A DNA stretch of 32,000 nt, taken from assembly GCF_000015025.1 (NCBI RefSeq), contig NC_008578.1:870001-902000 (forward strand), read 5' to 3'. Below are positions 22,220-31,585 of this stretch, piece after piece (the first letter of the stretch is position 1; each line of letters begins with the position of its first letter). The position numbers were made by a program, and so were the translations under genes. The stretch comes from Acidothermus cellulolyticus 11B. Lineage in GTDB: Bacteria; Actinomycetota; Actinomycetes; Acidothermales; Acidothermaceae. The notes under the pieces were generated by a model. The model saw nothing but the letters and a program-made list of their open reading frames with translations, was not told where the DNA came from and made no database searches.

Positions 22220-22552
22220 TCAGCTCTCCGGCATGCCGTTCGCGCTCATTGTCACGGTTTCCGCGTGCTGTTCGCTGCGGGCCAAGCGGTTGGCGAGGTG
22301 GGACATCGGTCCGGGCAGCTTGCCGCCGACCTTCTCGGCGAGGGTGCCGGCTTTCTCCTGGACCATGTGCCGCGCCTGATTGCCGAGGTGCACCGCCTGG
22401 GCCTGAACGCGACCCGCGGTGTTCTTGACCCTCGGGTTCTCGAACACCCGCTTGGCCGCCTGCTTGATCTGCTCGTAACGTTCGCGGCCCGCCCGGGTGC
22501 CGAGGATGTATCCGACACCTGCCCCGATGGCAAATCCGATGCGCATGCGCAT
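22220..22552 (-). CDS. YtxH-like small membrane-anchored protein
   Basis: The N-terminal Gly-rich hydrophobic segment is MRMRIGFAIGAGVGYILGTRAGRERY, followed by a predicted helical region. AGGAGG lies 6 nt upstream of the ATG. A hairpin CCGGTCG-CTGC-CGACCGG at 22165-22182 lies downstream on this strand. Confidence 0.6.
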   Translation of the reverse strand: MRMRIGFAIGAGVGYILGTRAGRERYEQIKQAAKRVFENPRVKNTAGRVQAQAVHLGNQARHMVQEKAGTLAEKVGGKLPGPMSHLANRLARSEQHAETVTMSANGMPES

Positions 22553-22850
22553 GGCGGCCTCCTACCCCGTTACTCCGTCCGGTGTCATGGGTCCTGCTCT
22601 ACTGGGTTTTGCGTGTTTCCTGTGATTGCGTACGTCTTGTCTTTTGACGGTATCCCCGTTTACGGCCGGAGTCGACCCGGCCGACCTGATCAGCTGTTGC
22701 AGTCCGGTGACAGTTCCGGCATCGCAGGGGCGTTCGTCGTTGTCACACGCCGAAACGACCGGCCCCTGGACAGTTTGGGGCTCGGGGGTGCTCTGTCCGG
22801 CGGTGCTTTCCCGGGCCCACCGCGTTCGAGGCTTGGCGTGCGTGCCGGAG

Positions 22851-23010
22851 GTGATTCGTGCCCCGATCCCGTCAGTGCGCGGGCCGGTGGTCGTGCGCGC
22901 AGCGGTGAATCGCGAAACTGCCCCGATCCCGCCTGTGCGCGGGCCGGTGTCGCTGCGCCGCCGCGCTCGCGGTGCTACTGAACCGGTTCCCGCCCGTGCG
23001 CGGGCCCGTG
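22851..23010. repeat. Tandem repeat of about 60 bp, about 2.5 copies, each with a GC hairpin core (CCCG..GTGCGCGGG)
   Basis: GCCCCGATCCCG[TC]C[AT]GTGCGCGGGCCGGTG occurs at 22860-22889 and 22920-22949. A degenerate third copy lies at 22986-23010. The sequences between the cores are also related. Confidence 0.7.
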
Positions 23011-23140
23011 TCGGTTCGTGATCCGGCTCCGGTTCGTTCTTGGTGACGGATCGGTGTTGACGCCGCGGTACGCCGGTCGCGTGCGGCTGATGACCGACAC
23101 CGGCGCGGGCGCTCGTCGCGATCCCTACGCACGATGTGGC

Positions 23141-23191
23141 CCTGCCTTGGCTATTGCCCTGCCGTGGCTATGGCATTGCCTCGGCTATGGC
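23141..23191. repeat. 17-bp tandem repeat x3 (CCTGCCTTGGCTATTGC / CCTGCCGTGGCTATGGC / ATTGCCTCGGCTATGGC)
   Basis: Read directly from the sequence, about 150 bp upstream of tRNA-Asn. Confidence 0.75.
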
Positions 23192-23342
23192 CGACGCGCG
23201 GCCAGGAGGGACGACCGGCTGCCACCGCCGACCCGCTGGCATCCGAGCGCGAGGCGGTCGGCGTCCCCTCGGTGTCCGTGGCGCGGGATACGCTACGCTG
23301 ACGTGGACGTCGGCCGCGCGGTGTTAGCCGTGGGCGGGTCGG

Positions 23343-23418
23343 TCCCGCGTAGCTCAATTGGCAGAGCGTCCGGCTGTTAACCGGTAGGTTGCAGGTTCGA
23401 GTCCTGCCGCGGGAGCCA
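23343..23418 (+). tRNA. tRNA-Asn (anticodon GTT), CCA encoded
   Basis: I folded the cloverleaf by hand. The acceptor stem is TCCCGCG/CGCGGGA and the D arm is GCTC-AATTGGCA-GAGC. The anticodon loop is CTGTTAA. The T arm is GCAGG-TTCGAGT-CCTGC. The discriminator is G, followed by CCA. Confidence 0.9.
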
Positions 23419-23538
23419 TGGGGGTGTTGCTGGGGTGTGGATTGCCGGATTGGTCACGGTTGGGTTTCCTCAGGTTGGTGGTTGGGTCTAGCGGCTGGTG
23501 CTGATCGTCCGCTAGGGTGCCCTGCTGTGATCTCATCG

Positions 23539-24243
23539 ATGCGCCGGGCACGTCGGCCGTGGCTGTGGCCGTTAGTGGCGGCCTGCGGCGCACTGGTCGC
23601 GGGGGGTGCACTGGCAGGCTGTGATGCGCGGAGTCGACCGAGTGTCCTGGAACCAGCGGTGTCGGCGTCGCCGGGTGTTCCGGTGCCGCGGGTGACGGGG
23701 TTGGCGTCGGGGTCGAGTGCAGGGTCGGCGTCGGCTTCGCCTGTGTCGCCGGGCGGTTCCACGCCGACTATGACGGCTACGGTTAGTCCGTCGGCGACGC
23801 CGTGGCATGACACGCAGCGGGAAGCGTTCTACCCGGAGGCTGCCGCGAAAGAAGACGTCGCGATCCACGTGATCGAGCAATTCTTTGCTGGTGTCAATTA
23901 TGAGCTGGATGCGAATGATGAGACGTTGCTCCGTGGCGTTGTCCGTCCGGATTGTGAAAACTGTCTGAGAGCGATGGAAGGTCTACACGCGCTTCATAAG
24001 AATGGACAGGTCAGTCGTGGTGGGCATTATCACCTGGTGAGTGTTGACCAGATTTGGCCGGTCGCCCCGTCGGTGGTCGAGGTCCGCGTGACCGGCTCGC
24101 GGGATCCGGGTGAGCTATTGTCGGCTTCCGGTCAGTTGCTGAATTCGTATCCGGTTCCACCCAACGCGTATTTGCAGTTCTTCGTCGATGTTAAGGCGTC
24201 ACCTCCGGTGATCCTCCAGTACGCGGCAGTGGGGCCCGCATGA
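23539..24243 (+). CDS. Putative lipoprotein (signal peptide with lipobox LAGC, Ser/Pro-rich linker, CxxC-containing globular domain)
   Basis: It starts MRRARRPWLWPLVAACGALVAGGALAGC and contains a DCENC motif. The ATG at 23539 was chosen because the longer ORF overlaps the tRNA. The gene looks AT-richer than the core genome. Confidence 0.65.
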   Translation: MRRARRPWLWPLVAACGALVAGGALAGCDARSRPSVLEPAVSASPGVPVPRVTGLASGSSAGSASASPVSPGGSTPTMTATVSPSATPWHDTQREAFYPEAAAKEDVAIHVIEQFFAGVNYELDANDETLLRGVVRPDCENCLRAMEGLHALHKNGQVSRGGHYHLVSVDQIWPVAPSVVEVRVTGSRDPGELLSASGQLLNSYPVPPNAYLQFFVDVKASPPVILQYAAVGPA

Positions 24244-25130
24244 CCCGCGCAACTGTCAGGTTTCTTGCTCTTACACTCGCCGTTCTTCCGGCTGTCTTAT
24301 CCATTATGCCGCCGGCTACTGCGGACGAAAGCGGTACATTGTGTCGGAGCCAAGGACTGGAGCCGGTCTATTGTCCGGTGCCGGATGGCGACGGTTACCT
24401 GTATGTCTATGATTTTAGCGATCGCTTTACCCGAAACGAGAAGCCAATAACCGGCGGCACGGCGGAAAAGAAGTACGAGTTTGCTTTGACGTTTGGGTGT
24501 GCGGTGGCGAATCCGAATCGGCCGCCGGAGGAGGTGGTGTGTGTGGAGGCGCGGGAGTGGTGTGTGGGTCGGGGGTTGGCGGGGGTGCATGAGGTGATCT
24601 GGGCGCGGGAGGTGTGGCCGGTGGCGGGGGAGTGGCATGTGGTGGCGGATCGGTGTGTGGCGGGGGATGGTCCGGGGGTTGACCGGGAGGTGTTGGACGC
24701 GGTGGGGGAGGTGGCGCGGTTGCGGTTGCCGCGCCTGGTGCCGGTGGTGCAACCACGAGGGGTTGTGGTGGTGAATTTGCCGGTGGTGGTGTCGGTGGTG
24801 GATCCGGGGGTGCAGCGGTTGGTGGTGGACCGTCCGGTGCGGGGGGTGTTGGTGGCCTCGCCGCGGTTTGTGTGGACGTTTGATGACGGGTCGGTGGCCG
24901 AGGGTGCGGGCCGGGTGTTTGACGGGGTGGATCCGCGGGTGGCACCGGACCATTACGTGTCGCACACCTACCGGGCGGCCCAGGCGGATGGGTGGGTGCG
25001 GCTTACCGTGCACTGGGAGGCGGTGTTCACCACCGGTGGGATCACCTACCCGATCGACCCGATCGACGTCACCACCACCATCCACTACCCCGTCCACCAA
25101 GCTCGCGCCGTCCTCGTCACCACTCCATAA
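24240..25130 (+). CDS. Putative secreted protein (signal peptide, Cys-containing N-terminal part, Val/Gly/Trp-rich C-terminal part)
   Basis: The ATG overlaps the upstream stop (ATGA). The signal-like N-terminus is MTRATVRFLALTLAVLPAVLSIMPPATA. I recognised no family. The + strand is strongly G-rich. Confidence 0.6.
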   Translation: MTRATVRFLALTLAVLPAVLSIMPPATADESGTLCRSQGLEPVYCPVPDGDGYLYVYDFSDRFTRNEKPITGGTAEKKYEFALTFGCAVANPNRPPEEVVCVEAREWCVGRGLAGVHEVIWAREVWPVAGEWHVVADRCVAGDGPGVDREVLDAVGEVARLRLPRLVPVVQPRGVVVVNLPVVVSVVDPGVQRLVVDRPVRGVLVASPRFVWTFDDGSVAEGAGRVFDGVDPRVAPDHYVSHTYRAAQADGWVRLTVHWEAVFTTGGITYPIDPIDVTTTIHYPVHQARAVLVTTP

Positions 25131-25200
25131 ACCCGCGTAACGCACGCTCCGCACGCTGTCGTGGACGTCGGTCGCGCGGTGGTAGCCGTGGGCGGGTCGG

Positions 25201-25275
25201 TCCCGCGTAGCTCAATTGGCAGAGCGTCCGACTGTTAACGGTAGGTTGCAGATTCGAGTCCTGCCCCGGAAGCCA
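25201..25275 (+). pseudogene. Degenerate second copy of tRNA-Asn (GTT), probably non-functional
   Basis: It matches the 23343-23418 copy apart from 5 differences, and all of them disrupt pairing. One is a substitution and one a 1-nt deletion in the anticodon stem. One is a T-stem mismatch. Two are acceptor-stem mismatches (TCCCGCG versus CCCGGAA). About 48 bp of upstream flank is also duplicated (25153-25200 versus 23295-23342). Confidence 0.65.
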
Positions 25276-25709
25276 GTAAACAAGCCCCGTATTTCGGCAA
25301 TTCCAACGGGTCTGTCAATTGCACCGAGATGGCGCGCCGTGGTTTTGCATCTAAGTTTTGGGTGTTCCTCTCGAGGGTGTGATCGCGTTGTGCGTAGCCG
25401 CTCGTTCGTGTTTCGTCCTGCCTCTCTCGTCACGTGACAGTGCGCACGGTCGCTCGGCGCTTCCGAGCCACGCTTGCCTCGTTGAGCTGTGCCGAGATCA
25501 GCAAGTCATGATCGAAGAGGGTCAGTCCGTTCGGCTATGTCGTAGCGGTCGTTCGGAGCGTGCACGTGGGAGCCAAACCGGCACGTCGCGCGTATGCCAA
25601 CGATCTCTCGCGACCCACGCGCGACACCAGCTGCCATTAACTGCAAATTACTGGGGTGGATCAAGTATGCTAACGCGGAGTCTGGCGTGCGGTCGGAGGG
25701 GTGTGACCG

Positions 25710-25892
25710 ATGGATGAGACACCGGGCAATGTCCTGACCATCGAGGAGCTGTCCACGTATCTGAAGATCCCGAAATCGACGCTCTACAAGCTCGTCCGGG
25801 AAGGCAAGGTGCCGTGCCAGAAGATTGGGCGCCATTGGCGCTTCCGGAAGGAAGCCATTGACCGCTGGTTGGACGATGCGGACGGCGAGTAG
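25710..25892 (+). CDS. Excisionase-family (HTH_17/MerR-like) small DNA-binding protein
   Basis: It is 60 aa long. The sequence LTIEELSTYLKIPKSTLYKLVREGKVPCQKIGRHWRFRKEAIDRWL is the canonical excisionase-family helix-turn-helix signature. It lies 41 bp upstream of the BrxF-like gene on the same strand. Confidence 0.8.
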   Translation: MDETPGNVLTIEELSTYLKIPKSTLYKLVREGKVPCQKIGRHWRFRKEAIDRWLDDADGE

Positions 25893-25933
25893 GAAGCCGA
25901 CGAATAGGAAAGCGGAAGGCAGGAGAAATACGA

Positions 25934-26410
25934 GTGGCGGAACCGTTGGCGGATCAGGTCCTGCGCGAAGTCGATAGGGCGCGCGAGCTGTATCATCGCC
26001 TGATCCTTATGGTAGGACCGTCGGGAAGCGGGAAGACGCACGCACTGCAGCAGGTATCGGCCTCGACCTCCGCACCGCTCGTCAACGTCAATCTTGAGCT
26101 GTCTCGCCGGATGCTGGACCTAACCGAACGCCAACGGGCTCTGCAGGCTCCAAGGCTCTTGGGCGAAATCGTGGGCGAAGCCACAGGCGAGCTGGTTTTG
26201 CTTGACAACATCGAGATTCTTTTCGATGTCCACCTGAAGCAGGATCCTTTGCGTCTGCTTCAGGGATTGTCCCGGAACAAGACGGTCGTGGCCGCCTGGA
26301 ACGGATCCATCGTGGATGGTCACATGACCTACGCCGTCCCGGACCACCCCGAATACCGCCGCTACCCGATTCGGGATTTTCTGGTGGTAAGTCTCTCGGT
26401 AACAACATGA
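25934..26410 (+). CDS. brxF: BrxF-like small P-loop protein (BREX type 3)
   Basis: It is 158 aa with Walker A GPSGSGKT (26015-26038) and Walker B-like LVLLDNIE. Its size and sequence ([21 protein letters not shown]...[17 protein letters not shown]) match my recollection of BrxF. The GTG start follows AGGAGA. Confidence 0.7.
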   Translation: MAEPLADQVLREVDRARELYHRLILMVGPSGSGKTHALQQVSASTSAPLVNVNLELSRRMLDLTERQRALQAPRLLGEIVGEATGELVLLDNIEILFDVHLKQDPLRLLQGLSRNKTVVAAWNGSIVDGHMTYAVPDHPEYRRYPIRDFLVVSLSVTT

Positions 26411-26447
26411 AGGAAAAGAGAAGCGAAGCTGCAAGGGGACATGTGCA

Positions 26448-29400
26448 ATGAGGTATGCAGACCTGATCCAGTTCGAGCCGATCGAGTCCGTCGTCCAGCT
26501 TCGGGATGCCGATGAGGTCACGAGCGCGAGACAGTTGGTCTGCACTTATGTCATCTCCGACGAGATGGCCGAGAAGCTGACCGGCCTTGTGATCCCCCAG
26601 CTTCAGTTCGACCAGCCCGCCGATAACAAGGGGCTGCTTGTCGTGGGCAACTACGGTACCGGTAAGTCACATCTCATGTCGGTGATCTCCAGCATCGCCG
26701 AGCACGCGGACCTGCTGTCCGCCCTGGACAACGCTCAGGTGGCACAAGCAGCAAGAGCGATCGCAGGCAAGTTCAAGGTGGTCCGCACCGAGATCGGGTA
26801 CACCACTATGTCGCTGCGGGACATCCTCGTCGGCGAGCTGGAGGAGCACCTGGCCGCCATGGGCGTGACCTACACCTTCCCACACGCCAGCCAGGTCCCC
26901 AACAACAAGCGGGCATTCGAGGAGATGATGGCTGCGTTTCATGCCGAGTTCCCGGACCATGGCCTGCTCTTGGTTGTGGATGAGCTCCTGGACTATCTCC
27001 GTGGCCGCCCGGACCAGGCGCTGATCCTCGACCTTAACTTCCTCCGTGAGGTGGGCGAGGTCTGCAAGGACCTGCGCTTCCGCTTCATGGCAGGTGTGCA
27101 GGAGGCCATTTTCGACAGCCCTCGTCTCGCCTTCGCGGCCGAAAGCATCCGCCGGGTCAAGGACCGCTTCGAACAGATCCTTATCGCCCGAAAGGACGTC
27201 AAGTTCGTAGTCGCCGAGCGCCTGCTCAGGAAGACTGGCGAACAGCAGGCCAAGATCCGCGAGCACCTTACACCGTTCGCCAAGTTCTACGGCCACATGA
27301 ACGAACGGATGGACGAGTTCGTCCGCCTCTTCCCGGTCCATCCCGACTACATCGACACCTTCGAGCGCATCACGGCGGTGGAGAAGCGCGAGGTGCTCAA
27401 GACCATCTCTCTGGCCATGAAGACGCTGCACGATCAGGAGGTGCCGGAGGACCGGCCCGGTCTCATTGCGTACGACAGTTACTGGACTTCCTTGCGCGAG
27501 AACCCCTCCTTCCGCGCCGTCCCGGACATCAAGGCGGTGATCGATTGTAGCCAGGTGCTGGAGTCCCGGATCGAGCAGGCCTTCACCCGGCCGGCGTACA
27601 AGCCCATGGCGCTCCGCATCATCCACGCGCTCTCGGTCCACCGGCTGACGACCGGAGACATCTACGCACCTCTGGGCGCCACGGCTGAGGAGCTGCGCGA
27701 CGCGCTCTGTCTTTACCAGCCCGGCATCGAAGAATTAGGTGGAGACCCGGCCGACGACCTCCTTTCCCAGGTGGAAACGGTCCTGCGCGAGATCCACAGG
27801 ACGGTCAGCGGCCAGTTCATCTCCTCCAATCCGGACAACCGGCAGTATTACCTCGATCTCAAGAAGACCGACGACTTCGACGCGCTTATCGAGAAGCGCG
27901 CCGAGAGCCTCGATGCCTCCCAGCTCGACCGCTATTACTACGAGGCTTTGAAACGGGTCATGGAGTGTACCGACCAGACCTACGTTACCGGCTACAAGAT
28001 CTGGCAGCACGAGCTGGAATGGCTGGAGCACAAGGCGGCAAGACAGGGATATCTCTTCTTCGGCGCTCCCAACGAGCGCTCGACGGCCGTACCGCCCCGT
28101 GATTTCTACCTCTACTTCATTCAGCCGTTCGATCCGCCGCACTTCAAAGACGAGAAGAAGGCGGATGAAGTGTTCCTTCGCCTGACCAACAGGGACGATG
28201 AGTTTCGGATCGCGCTGACGAACTATGCCGCGGCGCTGGAGCTCGCGTCCACCTCGAGCGGCCACGCCAAAGCCACCTACGAGTCCAAGGCCACCGGATT
28301 CCTGCGGGACCTGGTGGGCTGGCTGCAGAAGCACATGACCGATGCCTTCGAAGTGACCCACCAGGGACGCACCAAGTCGCTGGTCGAATGGACCAAGGGC
28401 AAGTCCATCCGCGAGCTGTCCGGGATCGCTTCCCACGAGCGGATCAACTTTCGCGACCTGGTGAACACCATCGCCGGCATCGTCCTGTCCGCACACTTTC
28501 AGGACCAGGCGCGCGAGTATCCCTACTTCTCGGTGCTCATCACAGGCCAAAACCGCGAGCAGGCGGCACAGGACGCCCTGCGCGCTATCGCCGGACAGAA
28601 TCGCACCAAGCAGGCGATCGCCGTGCTCGACGCCCTGGAGCTCCTCGATGGCGAGCGGCTCGATCCGTACCGCTCCAAGTACGCGAAGCACATCCTGGAC
28701 ATCCTCAAGAAGAAGGGGCATGGCCAGGTGGTCAACCGCTCGGAGCTGATCCAGGAGGTCTATGGTGTCGAGTACTTCGCACCGGACAAGGGCTACCGTC
28801 TGGAGCCCGAATGGGCTGTCGTGGTCCTGGCCGCGCTGGTCTACTCCGGTGACCTGGTGCTCTCGATTTCCGGCGAGAAGTTCGACGCCACCAGGCTGCC
28901 GCAACTGGCTGCGACGATCATAGACGAGCTGGTCCCCTTCAAGCACATCGAGAGGCCCAAAGACTGGAACCTGCCCGCGCTCAAGGCACTCTTCGAATTT
29001 CTCGGGCTGACGCCGGGCATGGCGCAGCTCGTCACCCAAGGCAAGGAAGAGCCGGTCCAGCAACTCCAGAAAGCCATCTCCGCGGTGGTGGAGAAGCTGG
29101 TCCTAGTCCAACAGAGCCTGCAAAGCGGCCTAGCGTTCTGGGGCAGGAACCTGCTCGCCGAGGAGGAAGCAGCCCAGCTGCGCGACCGGCTCGACCAGAC
29201 CAAGTCTTTTCTTGAATCCCTCCAGGCCTACTCCTCGCCCGGCAAGCTCAAGAACTTCCGCTATGACGCCCAGGAGGTGAAGCGTCACGAAGACGGCCTG
29301 AAGGCCGTCTCGGAGATCGAGTCCCTGCAGGAGCTGGTGAGCGACCTGGGCCGGGTGGCCTCCTATCTCTCCACCGCCGAGGCGGTGCTGCCCACGGACC

Positions 29401-30179
29401 ACGAGTGGGTAGAGCGGATGAAGGCGACGCGAGATGCGGTGCTCGCGCAAGTGTCGGACCCGGCCCAGCGCACGTCCAGCGCTTTCCGCCAGCAGGCTCT
29501 GCGCAAACTCGCTGGCCTCAAGAAGTCCTACGTGCAAGCCTATCTCGCCATGCACGCCCGAGCCCGACTGGGCGTGAACGAGGACAGGCGCAAGAGCGCG
29601 TTGATGGGCGACGAACGGCTCAAGACCCTCTCGAGGCTCTCCACCATCGACCTGATGCCGCGCCAGCACCTGACCGATTTCCAGAACCGCCTGGCTGGCC
29701 TGAAGAGCTGCTTCGCGCTCACCGAGCAGGACCTCGACGCATCGCCGGTCTGCCCGCATTGCTCCTTCCGGCCCGGAACGGAGGGCGTGGGCGCACCTGC
29801 CGCGACCGTGCTCGAGCACCTGGACACGGAGCTGGACAAGCTCCTCGACGACTGGACCCAGACGCTGCTGGCCAACCTGGAGGACCCAACCACCCGCGGC
29901 AACCTCGACCTGCTCAAGCCCGAGCCCAGGAAGCTGGTGGATGCCTTCCTCAAGGAACGCAAGTTGCCCGACGAGCTGGGCAAGGATTTTATCCACGCCC
30001 TGCAGGAGGTGCTCTCCGGGCTGGTCAAGGTCGCCGTGAAAACCGAGGATCTGCGCGCAGCCCTTCTCAAGAGTGGCTCACCGGCGACGCCGGCGGACAT
30101 GAAGAAACGCTTCGATGAATACCTTGACGAACTCACCAAGGGCCATGAGCCTGGCAAGGTGAGAATTGTGCTGGAGTGA
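26448..30179 (+). CDS. brxC: Large BrxC-like P-loop protein (DUF6079-type, BREX type 3)
   Basis: It is 1243 aa with Walker [10 protein letters not shown] (26646-26669) and Walker [13 protein letters not shown]. The N-terminus [22 protein letters not shown] matches the family I recall following BrxF. A CPHC motif lies near aa 1100. Confidence 0.7.
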   Translation: MRYADLIQFEPIESVVQLRDADEVTSARQLVCTYVISDEMAEKLTGLVIPQLQFDQPADNKGLLVVGNYGTGKSHLMSVISSIAEHADLLSALDNAQVAQAARAIAGKFKVVRTEIGYTTMSLRDILVGELEEHLAAMGVTYTFPHASQVPNNKRAFEEMMAAFHAEFPDHGLLLVVDELLDYLRGRPDQALILDLNFLREVGEVCKDLRFRFMAGVQEAIFDSPRLAFAAESIRRVKDRFEQILIARKDVKFVVAERLLRKTGEQQAKIREHLTPFAKFYGHMNERMDEFVRLFPVHPDYIDTFERITAVEKREVLKTISLAMKTLHDQEVPEDRPGLIAYDSYWTSLRENPSFRAVPDIKAVIDCSQVLESRIEQAFTRPAYKPMALRIIHALSVHRLTTGDIYAPLGATAEELRDALCLYQPGIEELGGDPADDLLSQVETVLREIHRTVSGQFISSNPDNRQYYLDLKKTDDFDALIEKRAESLDASQLDRYYYEALKRVMECTDQTYVTGYKIWQHELEWLEHKAARQGYLFFGAPNERSTAVPPRDFYLYFIQPFDPPHFKDEKKADEVFLRLTNRDDEFRIALTNYAAALELASTSSGHAKATYESKATGFLRDLVGWLQKHMTDAFEVTHQGRTKSLVEWTKGKSIRELSGIASHERINFRDLVNTIAGIVLSAHFQDQAREYPYFSVLITGQNREQAAQDALRAIAGQNRTKQAIAVLDALELLDGERLDPYRSKYAKHILDILKKKGHGQVVNRSELIQEVYGVEYFAPDKGYRLEPEWAVVVLAALVYSGDLVLSISGEKFDATRLPQLAATIIDELVPFKHIERPKDWNLPALKALFEFLGLTPGMAQLVTQGKEEPVQQLQKAISAVVEKLVLVQQSLQSGLAFWGRNLLAEEEAAQLRDRLDQTKSFLESLQAYSSPGKLKNFRYDAQEVKRHEDGLKAVSEIESLQELVSDLGRVASYLSTAEAVLPTDHEWVERMKATRDAVLAQVSDPAQRTSSAFRQQALRKLAGLKKSYVQAYLAMHARARLGVNEDRRKSALMGDERLKTLSRLSTIDLMPRQHLTDFQNRLAGLKSCFALTEQDLDASPVCPHCSFRPGTEGVGAPAATVLEHLDTELDKLLDDWTQTLLANLEDPTTRGNLDLLKPEPRKLVDAFLKERKLPDELGKDFIHALQEVLSGLVKVAVKTEDLRAALLKSGSPATPADMKKRFDEYLDELTKGHEPGKVRIVLE

Positions 30180-31585
30180 CCGTGAATCGGAATGAACTCG
30201 AACAAATCGCCCAACAGGGTGAATCCGAAACCATCGAGTTCAAGAAATCCACAGCACAGATCCGGCGGGCGATGGAAACACTCTGCGGCATGCTCAACGG
30301 CCATGGCGGCCGTGTGCTGTTCGGTATTACACCCCAGGGGCAGATCGTTGGGCAGACGGTTTCTGACAAAACTTTACGGGAGGTAGTCGATCAGCCGAGG
30401 CGTTTCGAACCTCCGGGCACCGTTGCCCAAACACGCATTGACCTCGGTGATGACAAGGAGTTGCTGGTGCTGGAAGCACAGCCGGATCCTACCCGGCGCC
30501 CCTATATCTTTGACGGTCGGCCTTATCAGCGGGTGGGTTCCACCACCTCCGTGATGCCCCAGGAAACCTACCACCGGCTTCTGGCAGAACGTCCCGACAG
30601 TCGCACCCGCTGGGAAACGCTTCGAGCCGAGGGATATGGTGTGGCCGACCTCGACCAAGAGGAAATCCTGCGCACAGTGCGCCTTGGTGTTGCCGCCGGC
30701 CGCTTGCCGGAATCAACGGGCGGCGACATTCCCGATATCCTGCATCGGTTGGAATTGCTCAAGGGCGGTCGTCTGAACAACGCAGCCATCGTTCTATTCG
30801 GCACCTGCTTCCTCCCTGACTATCCTCAATGCCAGCTGCGTATGGCCCGCTTCCGTGGGGTGGACAAATCGGAGTTCCTCGACCAGCGCCAGATCGAAGG
30901 GCACGCCTTTGCCCTGCTTGACGAGGCCATGCTGTTTTTGCGCCGCCATCTTCCCGTGGCGGGCCGGGTCGTCCCCGGGCTGTTCGAGCGTGAGGACGAG
31001 CCATTGTTTCCGCTGGAGGTCCTGCGTGAGGCGCTGGTCAATGCCTTCTGCCACCGGGACTACACCATCGCAGGCGGGGCGGTCAGCCTGGCCATCTACG
31101 ACGATCGCCTGGAGATTTGGAGCGACGGGACCTTGCCATCCGGTCTCACCCCGGAGGATCTCAAGCGAGACCACACGTCAAAACCGAGCAATCCGTTGAT
31201 CGCCAAGGTGTTCTACCTTCGCGGCGTCATCGAGCGCTGGGGACGCGGGACACAAAAGATCGTCGAGCTGTGTGTCAAGGCTGGGCACCCAGAGCCAGAA
31301 TTCGGCGAGCAGGCCGGTAGCGTCTGGGTGCGCTTCGTACCGAGCGGTTACATTGCCCCGCATCGCGTAGCGCATGACCTTACCGAGCGACAGCGGGAGG
31401 TCCTGCAAATCACTGCTCATCATGGCCCGATCCCTCTTCGAGAGATCATGCAGCAGATGGCAAGCCCGCCGGCCTCCGCTACGGTCCGGGATGATCTCTA
31501 CCACCTGAAGCGTCTGGAATTGGTCGATTCCGCTGGACATGGCCGAGGGGCCGTGTGGCGGCTGCGCAGAGAGGAAAGCTCATGA
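30176..31585 (+). CDS. COG2865-type protein: AlbA_2 (Schlafen-like) DNA-binding domain + HATPase_c_4 domain + C-terminal winged-helix
   Basis: [10 protein letters not shown] and the [12 protein letters not shown] core are typical of AlbA_2. [13 protein letters not shown] is typical of HATPase_c_4. The tail REVLQI...[10 protein letters not shown] is HTH-like. The GTG start overlaps the brxC stop (GTGA). Confidence 0.8.
   Translation: MTVNRNELEQIAQQGESETIEFKKSTAQIRRAMETLCGMLNGHGGRVLFGITPQGQIVGQTVSDKTLREVVDQPRRFEPPGTVAQTRIDLGDDKELLVLEAQPDPTRRPYIFDGRPYQRVGSTTSVMPQETYHRLLAERPDSRTRWETLRAEGYGVADLDQEEILRTVRLGVAAGRLPESTGGDIPDILHRLELLKGGRLNNAAIVLFGTCFLPDYPQCQLRMARFRGVDKSEFLDQRQIEGHAFALLDEAMLFLRRHLPVAGRVVPGLFEREDEPLFPLEVLREALVNAFCHRDYTIAGGAVSLAIYDDRLEIWSDGTLPSGLTPEDLKRDHTSKPSNPLIAKVFYLRGVIERWGRGTQKIVELCVKAGHPEPEFGEQAGSVWVRFVPSGYIAPHRVAHDLTERQREVLQITAHHGPIPLREIMQQMASPPASATVRDDLYHLKRLELVDSAGHGRGAVWRLRREESS

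Noticed and set aside
22151-22981. A 276-aa plus-strand ORF
   Set aside because: It runs antisense through the YtxH-like gene, which has a strong SD, and on into the tandem-repeat region. It has no motif and a low-complexity composition.
22860-23010. A CRISPR-like layout: 30-bp repeat, 30-bp spacer, 30-bp repeat
   Set aside because: There are only two good copies plus one degenerate copy. The supposed spacers are related to each other, so this is a tandem repeat of about 60 bp. No cas genes are present.
25506-25835. A 109-aa minus-strand ORF overlapping the HTH gene start
   Set aside because: It overlaps a CDS with a clear excisionase-family signature. I saw no RBS or domain features.
27735-29063. 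A 442-aa minus-strand ORF inside the BrxC-like gene. ORFs at 26667-27641 and 29130-29996 are similar
   Set aside because: They are antisense to a continuous 1243-aa ORF that has Walker motifs. They have no start context or domain features of their own.
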